Source: a virus (lineage: Duplodnaviria; Caudoviricetes). Taken from it: a DNA stretch of 58,379 nucleotides. This document shows, piece by piece, positions 1 through 9,356 of the stretch. The notes below the pieces were generated by a model, which was not told the origin of the DNA, ran no database searches, and was given only the letters and a program-made list of their open reading frames with translations. Position 1 is the first letter of the stretch. Each line of letters begins with the position of its first letter. The DNA lies in the IMG/VR virus record IMGVR_UViG_3300027965_000006, positions 1 to 58,379 of that record; one strand, given 5' to 3'. A program made the position numbers and the translations under genes.

Positions 1-154
1 CAAGGCTCGGCTCGCCGCCCATCTGATCGGGTATCCGATGGTCATAGCGGAAGCGGCCCGGCATCAGCAGGGCGCCACAGCCTTCGGCCTCACAGCGTCC
101 TTTCGCGCGCTGGAAGGCGGCGAGCTTTACCTTGGCTGAAAACTCCTGTCTCAC
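1..154 (-). CDS. HNH endonuclease, truncated by window edge
   Basis: Manual translation from GTG at 154: [27 protein letters not shown]...YDHRIPDQMGGEPSL. Cys pair plus DHxxP...GG is typical of an HNH N-terminal half. Confidence 0.8.
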   Translation of the reverse strand, partial: MRQEFSAKVKLAAFQRAKGRCEAEGCGALLMPGRFRYDHRIPDQMGGEPSL

Positions 155-480
155 CTGACTCTCTCCGCTGCCCGAATGTTGGCATTCTCGGTGCGCCAAC
201 ATTCGATGATGAACTCGGCACCGCGCACCCGCTGCCGATGATCCTCAAGTTCAAGCGTGGCGTTCGCTTCGTCGTCCCTGGCCTTCACGTAGGCTGCAGC
301 CGTCTCGGCTGTCGCCTTGCGGGCATCGACCGGACCATCGGCGAGCAGCAGCGCCTTGGCGTAGAGCTGCTTCGCCTTGTTCTCGGCGTCGAGCAGTCGC
401 TTCCGAGCGCGGGCGAGCGGGTGTGGCTGCTCGTTGAGATACGCCAACGCCTGCTCGACCATTTGCTCGGTGACGATCAT
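151..480 (-). CDS. Phage hypothetical protein (helical/coiled-coil)
   Basis: 109-aa ORF with 4-nt start/stop overlaps to both neighbours. Confidence 0.8.
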   Translation of the reverse strand: MIVTEQMVEQALAYLNEQPHPLARARKRLLDAENKAKQLYAKALLLADGPVDARKATAETAAAYVKARDDEANATLELEDHRQRVRGAEFIIECWRTENANIRAAERVR

Positions 481-1370
481 TCGGCCGCCTCAGTCACGGC
501 ATTGAAGCTGTCCAGTCGCGCCTTTGTGGCGGCCGTGATGGAGCGGAACGCCTTCGGGGCGTGCTCAGCGATCTTGTCCAGCACGTCCTTGTTGACCTGC
601 TGCCACTCCGCGAGCTCGGTCGCGTCTTTGGCCGTCTTGACGGCGGCGATGTACGTCGCGCCCCAATTCAGGGTGTTGCCCTCGAACGGGATCGCGTGAG
701 GCGACACCTCGCCGGTCTCGGGATGCGTCGGCGCCTCAATCGGCTTCGGCGGGATCACTTCCTGCTTGGGCGCCTCAGCCGGCAGGCTGCTGGCCTGATC
801 CATCTCGTCCGACGTGTAGAGGCCGGAAAGCTCCTGCGGGAACGCCTTGCGCAACGCTAGCGCCTCGGCGCACTTCGCCAGCATCACGTCCGGCATGTTC
901 GCCCACATGCGGGTCGGCACGCCGTCACGCGTTTTCTGGGCGTAGGAGTCGAACCGGGCGACGCCCCAGCACGGCTCCTTGAAGTCGTCGCGGATCACGC
1001 CGACGCGGGCAGCCAAGGGTGGCTCAGCCTGCAGCCACACGTCACACCACTGGCCATCCTTGCCGCACCAGTACGGGCCGACCTGGCCGGCGTATTTGCC
1101 GCTGCGCTCGGCCACCAGCCGGAAGCCGTCGATCGACACCTGGATTGACCTGACAGTGACCCACTGCTCGCCGCGCTTCTCGCGCCGCTCGATCGAGTAG
1201 ATTTGCCGGGCGAACGGGTCGAGACCGGTGCGCTCGCACTGCCACATGAACATCTTGAGTTCGTCGTCGGTCGCCCCCTTGCAGATGACCTTCTTGATAA
1301 GGTCCACCTGTTCGGGGTTGAAATGCGCAACAGCCTGAGGCTGGGCGCGTGTGGGAAGGTTGACGTTCAT
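477..1370 (-). CDS. bet: Phage recombination protein Bet (RecT/Red-beta single-strand annealing)
   Basis: ATG 1370 with GGAGG SD. Motifs [51 protein letters not shown]. Confidence 0.93.
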   Translation of the reverse strand: MNVNLPTRAQPQAVAHFNPEQVDLIKKVICKGATDDELKMFMWQCERTGLDPFARQIYSIERREKRGEQWVTVRSIQVSIDGFRLVAERSGKYAGQVGPYWCGKDGQWCDVWLQAEPPLAARVGVIRDDFKEPCWGVARFDSYAQKTRDGVPTRMWANMPDVMLAKCAEALALRKAFPQELSGLYTSDEMDQASSLPAEAPKQEVIPPKPIEAPTHPETGEVSPHAIPFEGNTLNWGATYIAAVKTAKDATELAEWQQVNKDVLDKIAEHAPKAFRSITAATKARLDSFNAVTEAAE

Positions 1371-2155
1371 TGCACTGCCTCCTTGATGCTGAGCCGTCCG
1401 GCTCGGTCCCTCTTGATCTCGATCGCGTGTCCGAAGCACCGGGCGGCATCGCTCGGCACCATGGCCTTGAGTTCCTTTTCGGCGGCCTCGTTGTCCTTGC
1501 GGGCCTGCCGTGTGGTGGCCCACGTCGCGGCATTCGCGCCCCACGAGTTGTTGCCGGTCATGTCGTAGGTCTTCTCGGCCTTGACCGGCGCCGTGACGGC
1601 CGCCTGGGCGAAGGGTTTGCGGAGATCCCATACGCACCGGATGAATTCGGTGGCGCGCTTGAGCAGCTCGGCCGCGTAGGCGGCATCGCCGTCGATAATC
1701 TCGACGATCGGCTCGCTGGCGCCCATGATGACCGATAGGGCGCAGCGCCGCGCGCCGGTCACGATCATTTGCCAGTGCATTTGCGCCTGATAGCGGGCGA
1801 TGATGGTCTCGATCGGCTCGCGCCCGCCGACGTGCTTGCACTCGATCGGGCAGTCGAGTTTGACGGACCAGCCGTCGAGCGTGCAGGCGGACCAGCCGTT
1901 CATGTGAGTGACGACTTCGCCGCGCCGGGTGACTTCGCCGCTCTTGCGCTCGAACCAGTCGAGGTTGAGGCTTTCGGTGTGCGAGCCGAGCTGCACCGCC
2001 CAGACGCCGGAAAGGTCTTCCGGCACGTAGTCAGGGTCGCCGACCATCTCGCGCCAAAGGTTCATGATCTCGGCCTGGTCGCCGGTCATGAGGCAGGCGA
2101 CGCGCGAGGCGGTCAGCTTGCCGTCGCGGGCCGCGGTTTGGGCGGGACTCAACAT
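1367..2155 (-). CDS. YqaJ-like / lambda-exonuclease-family recombinase nuclease
   Basis: Motifs [25 protein letters not shown]; adjacent to bet. Confidence 0.9.
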   Translation of the reverse strand: MLSPAQTAARDGKLTASRVACLMTGDQAEIMNLWREMVGDPDYVPEDLSGVWAVQLGSHTESLNLDWFERKSGEVTRRGEVVTHMNGWSACTLDGWSVKLDCPIECKHVGGREPIETIIARYQAQMHWQMIVTGARRCALSVIMGASEPIVEIIDGDAAYAAELLKRATEFIRCVWDLRKPFAQAAVTAPVKAEKTYDMTGNNSWGANAATWATTRQARKDNEAAEKELKAMVPSDAARCFGHAIEIKRDRAGRLSIKEAVQ

Positions 2156-2157
2156 AG

Positions 2158-3078
2158 CTATTTTCCCCTCAGTCTTGGTTGATTAGCAAAATCGGGCTTG
2201 CGGCCCGCGTGAGTGAACATGTCGTGCTGCGCCTGGGCCATGTCGATCGCGGCCGAGGCCCGCGGATTGATCCAGAGGACTTCGACACGATCTCTCGCAC
2301 CGTCCGCGTGAGCTTCCAGCTCGACCCTTCTCCACCCAGGCAGCGCCTTGTCGTAGCTGTCATGCGGATAGCCTGACAGGATCACGAAGCCTTTGAGCGT
2401 TCGCAGAAACGTCAGCAGGCGCGCGTGTCCATCGGCGTCGAGTTCGTGGGTGTAGCAACGGTTCCGGTGCATCGCCGATGATCTGGTCTCCCATACGTAG
2501 GGCGGATCGACGTAGTGCAACGTCTCGGCGCTATCGTGCTGCCCCATGACCTCCAATGCGTCGCGGTTCTCGATCACGATGCCGCGCAGCCGCTCGATGA
2601 TCGCCGGCAGGCGGTCGGGGTAGTTCGCCCAGTCGTGCGCCGGCGTGGTCCCTGATCGGTTTGAATTGGCCCGGAAGCCGGTGCGGGTAGCCTTGTTGTG
2701 GCCGTTCGATCCGAACCCCATGAAGCAGAGGATAACGAGCCTCCGCGCACGCTCGACCGGCTCGTCGGTATCGAGATAGCCGACCTCGAACTCGTCGCGA
2801 GCGAACGGGGTGAGGCGCAGTTTCTCCGAGAGCTGGCGCGCCTGGGTGTCGTCTTGGAGCACCCGAAATAGGTTCACAACCTCTTGGTCAAGATCGTTGT
2901 AGACCTCGCCGTAGGCCCGCGGCTTCTGCATGAGCACAGAAGCGGCCCCGCCGAATGGCTCGACGTACACCCGGTGCGGAGGAAAGTGGCTGATGATCCA
3001 CGGTGCCAGTTTCCACTTGCCGCCGTGCCAGCGGAGCACGGGCCGAGTCGGTTCGGCTATGGTCGCCATTACGTTCAT
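2158..3078 (-). CDS. dam: DNA adenine methyltransferase (Dam/D12 class)
   Basis: Motifs LRWHGGKW, YVEPFGGAASV, YNDLD and catalytic YVDPPY. Confidence 0.93.
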   Translation of the reverse strand: MNVMATIAEPTRPVLRWHGGKWKLAPWIISHFPPHRVYVEPFGGAASVLMQKPRAYGEVYNDLDQEVVNLFRVLQDDTQARQLSEKLRLTPFARDEFEVGYLDTDEPVERARRLVILCFMGFGSNGHNKATRTGFRANSNRSGTTPAHDWANYPDRLPAIIERLRGIVIENRDALEVMGQHDSAETLHYVDPPYVWETRSSAMHRNRCYTHELDADGHARLLTFLRTLKGFVILSGYPHDSYDKALPGWRRVELEAHADGARDRVEVLWINPRASAAIDMAQAQHDMFTHAGRKPDFANQPRLRGK

Positions 3079-3149
3079 TTCGCCAGCATGTTTATAAGGG
3101 TGCCGATCGCGAAGCAGATCGATCCGGCAAGGTAGAAGTAGTTGGCCAT
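3075..3149 (-). CDS. 24-aa hydrophobic peptide
   Basis: MANYFYLAGSICFAIGTLINMLAK; stop overlaps the dam start (ATGA). Below the ORF-track cutoff. Confidence 0.45.
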   Translation of the reverse strand: MANYFYLAGSICFAIGTLINMLAK

Positions 3150-3168
3150 GTTCGCTGAAGTTCCGTGA

Positions 3169-3345
3169 TTACGCGGAAGTCGGAATGGCGCCGCCGTCGA
3201 TCTCGTAGCCGGCCTTCTGCAGCTCGCGCATGTACCAAGCGCGATCCTCGGTGCTCAGCGCCTTGATCTCGGTCATGAACGACCCGGCGGACTGGCCCGG
3301 CTTCTTGAACACTTCGGTCATCGTCGCGATGAAGGACTTGGCCAT
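3169..3345 (-). CDS. 58-aa hypothetical protein
   Basis: MAKSFIATMTEVFKKPGQSAGSFMTEIKAL... with AGGAG SD; not in the ORF track. Confidence 0.7.
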   Translation of the reverse strand: MAKSFIATMTEVFKKPGQSAGSFMTEIKALSTEDRAWYMRELQKAGYEIDGGAIPTSA

Positions 3346-3385
3346 AGCTTTCTCCTGGGTTAAGTTGCTGGTTTAGTTATCGAGT

Positions 3386-3634
3386 TCACAGTAAGTTTTT
3401 GCGCAGCCGCGCGGCGCACCGGCGGCAAAGGTTGTCGTCCTCAAGCGCATCGGCGGCGGAACGGTCATCGAGCGCGAGCCAGCCGGTGGACGCAGGAAGG
3501 CCGCAGAGCGTCCCGCTGCCGTTGGAGGCGTGGTAGGGCTCGCGCTTCCACCACTGATGGTTTCGGCCCGATCCGGTGGCCGCCCGAGGCTTGGCACTGC
3601 AAACGAAGTGAAGCATGGGCCGATCCCCACTCAT
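3386..3634 (-). CDS. Small Cys/His-containing hypothetical protein
   Basis: H...TLCG...LCRRC possible Zn ligands; co-oriented with the early arm. Confidence 0.6.
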   Translation of the reverse strand: MSGDRPMLHFVCSAKPRAATGSGRNHQWWKREPYHASNGSGTLCGLPASTGWLALDDRSAADALEDDNLCRRCAARLRKNLL

Positions 3635-3640
3635 GATTTC

Positions 3641-3871
3641 TCATTCCATCGCGTTGATCTTTTCGAGATCGCCGGGCTTCGGCCATTCGAACGCAAAGGC
3701 TCGTCCGCGCAGGACTTCCCAAGCCGCGAAAAGTCGGCCGGCGGTGTATGGAACGCATACGGCGCGAACCCATTGCGAATAGCGGGTGCCTTGGCGCTCG
3801 ACGAAAACCTCGGTCTGCGCGCCTCGCGCATAGCAGCGCCGAAAGTTGTGGATGTAGAATGGTGTGCTCAT
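3641..3871 (-). CDS. Hypothetical protein
   Basis: 76-aa ORF with AAGGA SD, tightly packed. Confidence 0.6.
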   Translation of the reverse strand: MSTPFYIHNFRRCYARGAQTEVFVERQGTRYSQWVRAVCVPYTAGRLFAAWEVLRGRAFAFEWPKPGDLEKINAME

Positions 3872-3877
3872 TTTTCC

Positions 3878-4186
3878 TTAGTGGCGCTCATCCGCATGCA
3901 CTACGTGCATGTTGATCGGCGCCTTATCCATTTCCTCTTGGAACATCCTGACCCTGGTGCGGATGCGTTTAGCGCACCATTCGCTAAACCGGCGGGTCCC
4001 CGCTGCGGTGGCAGTCTCTTTTGATGTCGATGCCGCGAACGAGAGGACCATCAGGCAGGCCGAAATGATCTCGCCAGAAAGCAAGATCAATGTTCCTCCG
4101 CCATATTGCTTTCCAACATCAAAGATCGCGGTAGTTATCGCTTCTTCGATCTTCTCGGCATATTCCTGGTTAACCACTTGTGGCAT
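3878..4186 (-). CDS. Hypothetical protein
   Basis: 102-aa ORF, tightly packed, lower GC. Confidence 0.65.
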   Translation of the reverse strand: MPQVVNQEYAEKIEEAITTAIFDVGKQYGGGTLILLSGEIISACLMVLSFAASTSKETATAAGTRRFSEWCAKRIRTRVRMFQEEMDKAPINMHVVHADERH

Positions 4187-4194
4187 CTATTCTC

Positions 4195-4635
4195 TCACGT
4201 ATCTTGATTGGGTAATTGTGCGTCGGCCGATGCCCTTGAGCGCCATGAACGTCCCCCCTGTCCCGAAACGCAGGGCACCTTTCTGAAAGCCGACCCCGAC
4301 GCTGGCCGGCCGGTCTCCACGGGAGGGGGTAACTCACGTTTGCGGTCGAGCGCCGAGCGCCCCGGCAAAGGATCGCCGAAATAGGTTTGTCCGTAGTTGC
4401 GCGGCATCGCGAACAAAGCATCACGCTCGGCTAATAGGTCGGCTTCGTTGCGGATAGGGGAGGGGGATGGAGCCGGCGCGCGATGCGCTTGCGCGATGCT
4501 GCCGTTGATGCCGCCCCATGACAGACGATCGGCGCGGGCGAGGATGCGCGATCTACGCAAGGACGCGGACTGACGCGAGCGCGATAGGACATCCGCGATC
4601 CGCTTCGCCTGCTGTGCGGAGTTCAGGTAGCTCAT
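4195..4635 (-). CDS. Hypothetical protein
   Basis: ATG 4635 overlaps the upstream stop; contains FGDPLPGRSAL. Confidence 0.55.
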   Translation of the reverse strand: MSYLNSAQQAKRIADVLSRSRQSASLRRSRILARADRLSWGGINGSIAQAHRAPAPSPSPIRNEADLLAERDALFAMPRNYGQTYFGDPLPGRSALDRKRELPPPVETGRPASGSAFRKVPCVSGQGGRSWRSRASADAQLPNQDT

Positions 4636-4946
4636 GCCGCGACCCTCAGCCCGCGCGCCCAGGCAAGGCCGGCGTGCTTCTCGATGAAGTCGCGAACCGC
4701 AAGGGTGATGTCGTCGCCGGCCGCCTGCCGCTGCTCGGCCTCGTTGGCGACCGCGCGCGCGATCGTCTCCGTCACGTCGTCGCAGACGTGTTCCTCGGGA
4801 TTGCATTGCAGGATCGCCGTGATGTCGGCGACCGGAACCTGCTCGTTGAGGATGTCGGCGACGACGGCGGCGCGCGTGAGGAACAGGCGCTCGAGGATCG
4901 AGTCCTCGGTCCAGTCGAGCCGAAGCACGAAAACGTCTTGTGGCAT
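4632..4946 (-). CDS. Hypothetical protein, first gene of the leftward early operon
   Basis: ATG 4946 with GGAGG SD, just downstream of the PL-like promoter. Confidence 0.7.
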   Translation of the reverse strand: MPQDVFVLRLDWTEDSILERLFLTRAAVVADILNEQVPVADITAILQCNPEEHVCDDVTETIARAVANEAEQRQAAGDDITLAVRDFIEKHAGLAWARGLRVAA

Positions 4947-4975
4947 GCGATCCTCCAAATCAGAGGACCGCAATT

Positions 4976-5000
4976 TGGGACGCTCAGTCCCACATGTCAA
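4976..5000 (-). promoter_or_regulatory. PL-like promoter with repressor operator
   Basis: Minus-strand TTGACA (5000-4995), then 2 nt, then the palindrome TGGGAC-N5-GTCCCA (4976-4992). Confidence 0.8.
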
Positions 5001-5003
5001 GGA

Positions 5004-5315
5004 CTATTTGTCGAGCGGTAGATAACCCCGTGACGCCATGCAACCCTCGTAGACCGTCTCGAGGCTGCCCGAATAGCCGAACATCCGCGAGCCAATCTGC
5101 GCGTTATCCCCAGCCGACAAGTTGGCGCGCTCAGTATCGCCGCGGCACGCGGCTTGATCGGCCATTAGCTGATTTTGGGTGATGTCCTTCCCGTCCGCGC
5201 GCGTCCAAAGCTGTGGAGTATGCGCGCAGGCGGTTAGGAAGATCGGCGCTGCCGCGATCCAGAGGCAGCGGCTGACTCCTGACCAGTGATCAGCCATGTC
5301 ATTGAAACCCCGCAT
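5004..5315 (-). CDS. Putative lipoprotein downstream of the repressor (start uncertain)
   Basis: Lipobox-like FLTAC after a hydrophobic stretch; two further Cys (AAC...GCM..RGY). Confidence 0.6.
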   Translation of the reverse strand: MRGFNDMADHWSGVSRCLWIAAAPIFLTACAHTPQLWTRADGKDITQNQLMADQAACRGDTERANLSAGDNAQIGSRMFGYSGSLETVYEGCMASRGYLPLDK

Positions 5316-5500
5316 ATTTTGCAGAACTTCGGAAGAAGCCTGATCGGCAAGTCCGTGTCGCGGCCGCCCTCATATTTGGAGTAGGCGTCGCGCGTGACAC
5401 CTAGCAGCTCGGCCATGTCTTCCTGCGTGCGCGGCCCGCGCGCCTCCTTAAGGCGCCTCTTAAAGCCCTGACGCCACTGACGATCTGCCCCTTCATCCAT
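5234..5500 (-). CDS. CI-like XRE helix-turn-helix repressor
   Basis: From ATG 5500: RLKEARGPRTQEDMAELLGVTRDAYSKYEGG...GVSMTWLITG. Divergent from a Cro-like gene; no S24 peptidase domain. Confidence 0.85.
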   Translation of the reverse strand: MDEGADRQWRQGFKRRLKEARGPRTQEDMAELLGVTRDAYSKYEGGRDTDLPIRLLPKFCKICGVSMTWLITGQESAAASGSRQRRSS

Positions 5501-5579
5501 GCGGACAACTTGTCCCACAGCAGGTTGGATGTCACGGGACATCGCGGCCTTGACATTTGGGACCGTGGGTCCCATAGAT
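5501..5579 (+). promoter_or_regulatory. PR-like promoter and operators
   Basis: GCGGAC-N5-GTCCCA at 5501-5517; TTGACA at 5550-5555, then 2 nt, then TGGGAC-N5-GTCCCA at 5558-5574. Confidence 0.8.
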
Positions 5580-5585
5580 GGGAGC

Positions 5586-5813
5586 ATGTCAAAGCCCACT
5601 TCGTTTCGGTCGATCATCGCCCTCTGGCCGACCCAGGAGGCACTTGCGCTTGATGTGGGCGCCTCGCATGACGCGGTGCGCAAGTGGGCGCAGCGCGGAT
5701 TCATCCCTTCCGAATGGTGGACCTCGTTGCTCGGCACCACCCGAGCCCGCCAAGCTGGCGTCAACGCTGATTTGCTCGCGAAACTCGCCGCTTCCCGTGA
5801 GGCCGCCGCATGA
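5586..5813 (+). CDS. Cro-like HTH protein
   Basis: IIALWPTQEALALDVGASHDAVRKWAQRGFIPSEWW; divergent from the cI-like gene. Confidence 0.85.
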   Translation: MSKPTSFRSIIALWPTQEALALDVGASHDAVRKWAQRGFIPSEWWTSLLGTTRARQAGVNADLLAKLAASREAAA

Positions 5814-6069
5814 CGCCTCGGGAACTCCAACACCCTGCCCGACACTGCCGCACTCCCTCTTCTCGGGGGTCGGTACCATCTTATGACCGAATTGCGACAG
5901 GACGCCATCAAAAGGTTGTGTGTGCGGCATACGGTCAAATACTGATCCGGTCAGCAGGTCCCAACGTAAACCGGGCCGCTCCCACCATCCCCAGTTCCAA
6001 TCAGATTCTCGCGACCGATCAACGGGCGCGGCGTCGTGTTCATTGTCGCGTTGGGGAGGCGTTTTTGTC

Positions 6070-6366
6070 ATGGGTGCATTGTCCGCGGTTCCGAAATCGG
6101 AACCGGAAGAATCGACCGACGAGCCGAGACAGAGACCGACGCGGCGCGTCGTTAGCGCGAAAACCGGGTCAGATCGCATCACTTTCGGCGATCTCGCGCG
6201 CTTCGCTTGTCCTTACAAAACAGCAGCTTGGCTGGCACACATCGCGAAATGCGAGGTGCGAACCGCAGAACGATGGCTCGAGGGCAAACACGAGCCGCCA
6301 ATGGAAATGCTCGGCGCCGTGATGGCCGAGATCATGCGCCGGTTCAATCAGCGGATCGGCGAGTAG
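6070..6366 (+). CDS. HTH protein in the CII position
   Basis: GGAGG SD; TAAWLAHIAKCEVRTAERWLEGKHEP. Confidence 0.65.
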   Translation: MGALSAVPKSEPEESTDEPRQRPTRRVVSAKTGSDRITFGDLARFACPYKTAAWLAHIAKCEVRTAERWLEGKHEPPMEMLGAVMAEIMRRFNQRIGE

Positions 6367-6421
6367 CACGGGGGTTGCTTGTTGCGTTCGCGTGCTGCGC
6401 TTCCAGCGCCACGGGGATGCC

Positions 6422-6844
6422 ATGCCGCAAGCCTGCCACGCGATCGATTACATCGACCCGCCTTTCATGGCGCCGCTCGAATGCGTGATGGACATCCCGT
6501 TCCCGCCGAGCACCAACAAGCTCTGGCGCATCAGCGGCCGGCGCAATCACCTGTCCGCCGAATACCAAGCTTGGCGGAAGCAGGCCGACATGGCGGTCAT
6601 CGCCAACGGCACTTGGCGCAATCGCGTCGCGATGCCGGCGCACTTCACGGCGCTGATCCTGCTCAGCACCGAGCACCGCACGGCTCGAACCGACGGAGAT
6701 AATCGGATTAAGGCGTGCCTGGATTGGGCGCAGCGGATTGGGCTGATCACCAATGACGCGAAGTGCGACGAGGTGACGGCCCGGTGGGTGCCGACGCATG
6801 AGGCGCCGCACGGCGCCAGATTGGTTTTACGGAGCGTGGCATGA
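6422..6844 (+). CDS. rusA: RusA-family Holliday junction resolvase
   Basis: Motifs PFPPSTNKLWR, DGDNRIKACLD, ITND. Confidence 0.88.
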   Translation: MPQACHAIDYIDPPFMAPLECVMDIPFPPSTNKLWRISGRRNHLSAEYQAWRKQADMAVIANGTWRNRVAMPAHFTALILLSTEHRTARTDGDNRIKACLDWAQRIGLITNDAKCDEVTARWVPTHEAPHGARLVLRSVA

Positions 6845-7425
6845 GCCGAAATCTTGCCACGCAGGCAAGTCGAGCGCCGCTCGCCGAGCGCAAGGATGAT
6901 CTGTACGAAACGCCGCCCGAGGCCGTTCGAGCACTGCTACGCGTCGAGCCGCTGCCGCCAACGATCTGGGAATGTGCCTGCGGTCCTGGCAGCATCGTGC
7001 GCGAACTCCGCGCCGCGGGCCATTTGGTCTACGCCACAGATCTCGTGGACTACGGCTGTCCTGATTCTGAGGCGCGGATCGATTTTCTGTTGGAGCGCCA
7101 GCCATCGTTTTGTGTCGGCGCGGTGGTGACGAACCCGCCGTACAAACTGGCGAACAAGTTCGTCTCCCATGCGCTCGCACTCGGCATTCCAAAGGTGGTC
7201 ATGCTTCTGCGGCTCGCCTTCCTAGAAGGACAAGGCCGCACACCGATCCTTGATCAAGGGCTACTGGCCCGCGTCCACGTCTTTCGCAATCGGTTGCCTC
7301 GAATGCATCGTTCTGGATGGGACGGTCCGCATGCGTCGTCGTCGATTGCGTTCGCATGGTTCGTCTGGGACCTCGCGCATCGCGGCCCGACCGAGCTGCG
7401 CCGGCTCTCGTGGGAGGCCGCATGA
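6841..7425 (+). CDS. N6-adenine DNA methyltransferase-like protein
   Basis: Motifs DLYETP, WECACGPG (SAM binding), VTNPPY, FAWFVW. Confidence 0.85.
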   Translation: MSRNLATQASRAPLAERKDDLYETPPEAVRALLRVEPLPPTIWECACGPGSIVRELRAAGHLVYATDLVDYGCPDSEARIDFLLERQPSFCVGAVVTNPPYKLANKFVSHALALGIPKVVMLLRLAFLEGQGRTPILDQGLLARVHVFRNRLPRMHRSGWDGPHASSSIAFAWFVWDLAHRGPTELRRLSWEAA

Positions 7426-8018
7426 GCCGACCCACTCCCGAGGACATCGAGGCCGCCAAGACGCCAGCCGGTGGCTGGACGCGCGAGCAGCTCGCACAAT
7501 GGGGCGTGCCGTGGCCGCCGCCGGTCGGCTGGCGCGATCGGCTATGCGCGGATGCGGCCCTTAACCGGCCGCTCGACGATGGCGATCGACCGCAATGGCG
7601 ATCGGTCGGGCGCGCGTCCCAGGACGCTACTCGCGTGTCGGAATATACGCTCGCCCTTAAGCCGCACTGCGACAGCCCAATAGAGGTCATGCTCGGCGCG
7701 CATCTGCGATGGATCATCGCGAAGCGCCAAGCGTGGGCCGAGGCGCTTCCGCAATATCGCCTCCAGAGGTTCCGCTACGATTTCGCGATCAAGGTTCCGG
7801 GCCTTCTATTGTCGCCGATCGTCCTGATCGAATGTGACGGCGCCGAATTTCACTCGACCGCAGCGCAGATCGCCAACGATCAAAAGAAAGACGCCCTCGC
7901 CGCCGAAATTGGCGCTGCCATGTTCCGCTTCACCGGCAAAGACATCGTGCGCGACCCGCACGGATGCGCATTGCTGGCGTTCACCGAGTTCATGCGACGG
8001 ACGGCGAACCTGCGATGA
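7422..8018 (+). CDS. DUF559/Vsr-like PD-(D/E)XK endonuclease with small N-terminal domain
   Basis: Motifs DSPIE, QYRLQRFRYDFAI, IECDGAEFH, DQKKD, FRFTG. Confidence 0.82.
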   Translation: MSRPTPEDIEAAKTPAGGWTREQLAQWGVPWPPPVGWRDRLCADAALNRPLDDGDRPQWRSVGRASQDATRVSEYTLALKPHCDSPIEVMLGAHLRWIIAKRQAWAEALPQYRLQRFRYDFAIKVPGLLLSPIVLIECDGAEFHSTAAQIANDQKKDALAAEIGAAMFRFTGKDIVRDPHGCALLAFTEFMRRTANLR

Positions 8019-8767
8019 CGCCGATCGCCGACATGGCAGAACAGCTGCTCGCGGCCGGCGTGTCCGCGGAGCACGTCGTCGCCGCTATTCGGGCGGCCGA
8101 GCGCACAGCTGCGCTGGCGCGTTCCACCGGAATTCCGGTGGATGCAGCTGCCGAAAAACGGCGCGCATGGGATCGAGCAAGGAAAGCAAAGGCCGCAAAT
8201 TCCACCGGAATTCCACCGGAAATTCCACCGGACCAAGAAACCGCTCTTTCTTCTTCTAAGGAAAAAGATGCTCATCAAGTTCCTAAGAAAGAAAGAGCGC
8301 GTGGCGAAAAACTTCCACCGGATTGGAAGCCTAGCGAACAGCACTACGCCCAAGGCGCCGAACTCGGCCTCGATCGCCAGCAGGTCGACGGCCAAGGCGA
8401 AGACATGCGGCTATGGGCTCGAGCAAACGAGCACCGCGCGGTGGCGCGAAAGTCAGACTGGGATCTCACGTTTTCGGGCTGGATGAGGAGGAACTGCAAT
8501 GGGCACGGAACTCGCAACGATCGAGCCAATTCTGCCGCTCGACCAGGCGCGACCGGCGCGGATGCCATCCTTGCCGGGATGGGTCGAATTGCGTCTCGCA
8601 TCCCTCGCGAGGGTCGTCCAGGTGGACCAGGCGGGGAAATACCGCGAAGCCCCGACGCTTCCGCGGGATCTCCTCCCGATCGACAGTCAGAAGGCGATGC
8701 TGCGGCAGCACGTCGCCGCGCTGAACAAGAGCTGCTCGATGACGCCCGAAGCGGACGCTGGGGCTGA
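8015..8767 (+). CDS. Replication initiator protein
   Basis: Position in the replication arm; internal DNA repeats; LPPDWKP...KSDWDLTFSGWMR. Confidence 0.75.
   Translation: MTPIADMAEQLLAAGVSAEHVVAAIRAAERTAALARSTGIPVDAAAEKRRAWDRARKAKAANSTGIPPEIPPDQETALSSSKEKDAHQVPKKERARGEKLPPDWKPSEQHYAQGAELGLDRQQVDGQGEDMRLWARANEHRAVARKSDWDLTFSGWMRRNCNGHGTRNDRANSAARPGATGADAILAGMGRIASRIPREGRPGGPGGEIPRSPDASAGSPPDRQSEGDAAAARRRAEQELLDDARSGRWG
8122..8322. repeat. Iterons / putative replication origin inside the initiator gene
   Basis: TTCCACCGGA at 8122, 8200, 8211, 8223 and 8313; perfect 20-bp palindrome TCCACCGGAATTCCGGTGGA at 8123-8142; A-rich tract about 8235-8310. Confidence 0.8.
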
Positions 8768-9173
8768 GGCGGCGACGCTCGTGATCGTGACGAAGATGCT
8801 GCTGGCGCTTGCCGGCCAGCGCACGAGCGAAACCGGGGCTGAGGCGAAGGGCGAGGCCTACATGGCCGCGCTGGACGATATTCCGGCGTGGGCGGTCGAC
8901 GAGGCGGTGCGCGGTTGGTACCGCGGATCGAGCCGGCAGTTGGATCCTCGACAACCCCACGATTTCCGATATGCGCCGGCGCCGGCTGTGCTGCGGCGGC
9001 TGGCGAAAATCGAGGCTTTCAAGGTCAAGGGCCGCGCGATCGCACTGCAGGCCTTGATCGATGCCGAGCCGAAGATCGAATACAGCGAGGAGCACTGCGC
9101 AACGATGCGCGAGCGGATCGCAGGACTATTTCTCGGGCGCCGCGCCGCAGAGCAGGCCAAGGCGGCGCTATGA
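8499..9173 (+). CDS. Replication-associated protein (helicase loader/inhibitor position)
   Basis: GAGGAGG SD; YMAALDDIPAWAVDEAVRGW...PAPAVLR. Confidence 0.7.
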   Translation: MGTELATIEPILPLDQARPARMPSLPGWVELRLASLARVVQVDQAGKYREAPTLPRDLLPIDSQKAMLRQHVAALNKSCSMTPEADAGAEAATLVIVTKMLLALAGQRTSETGAEAKGEAYMAALDDIPAWAVDEAVRGWYRGSSRQLDPRQPHDFRYAPAPAVLRRLAKIEAFKVKGRAIALQALIDAEPKIEYSEEHCATMRERIAGLFLGRRAAEQAKAAL

Positions 9174-9356
9174 CTGCGGCAGCCCGTGGGCGAGATACTG
9201 GGCGAGCAACAGCTCGACCGTGCGCGGCACGTCCTGGCGCCCGGCGGCGATGCGCTGGGTGGATGACAGCGACAGCCCGAGCAATTCCGCGGTGCGCTTG
9301 CTCGCCGGGGTCAGCCCCAGCGAGCGCAGCGCGGCGAGATAGCGTGAGGTGGTCAT
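9168..9356 (-). CDS. Small HTH DNA-binding protein
   Basis: LGLTPASKRTAELLGLSLSSTQRIAAG. Confidence 0.75.
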   Translation of the reverse strand: MTTSRYLAALRSLGLTPASKRTAELLGLSLSSTQRIAAGRQDVPRTVELLLAQYLAHGLPQS

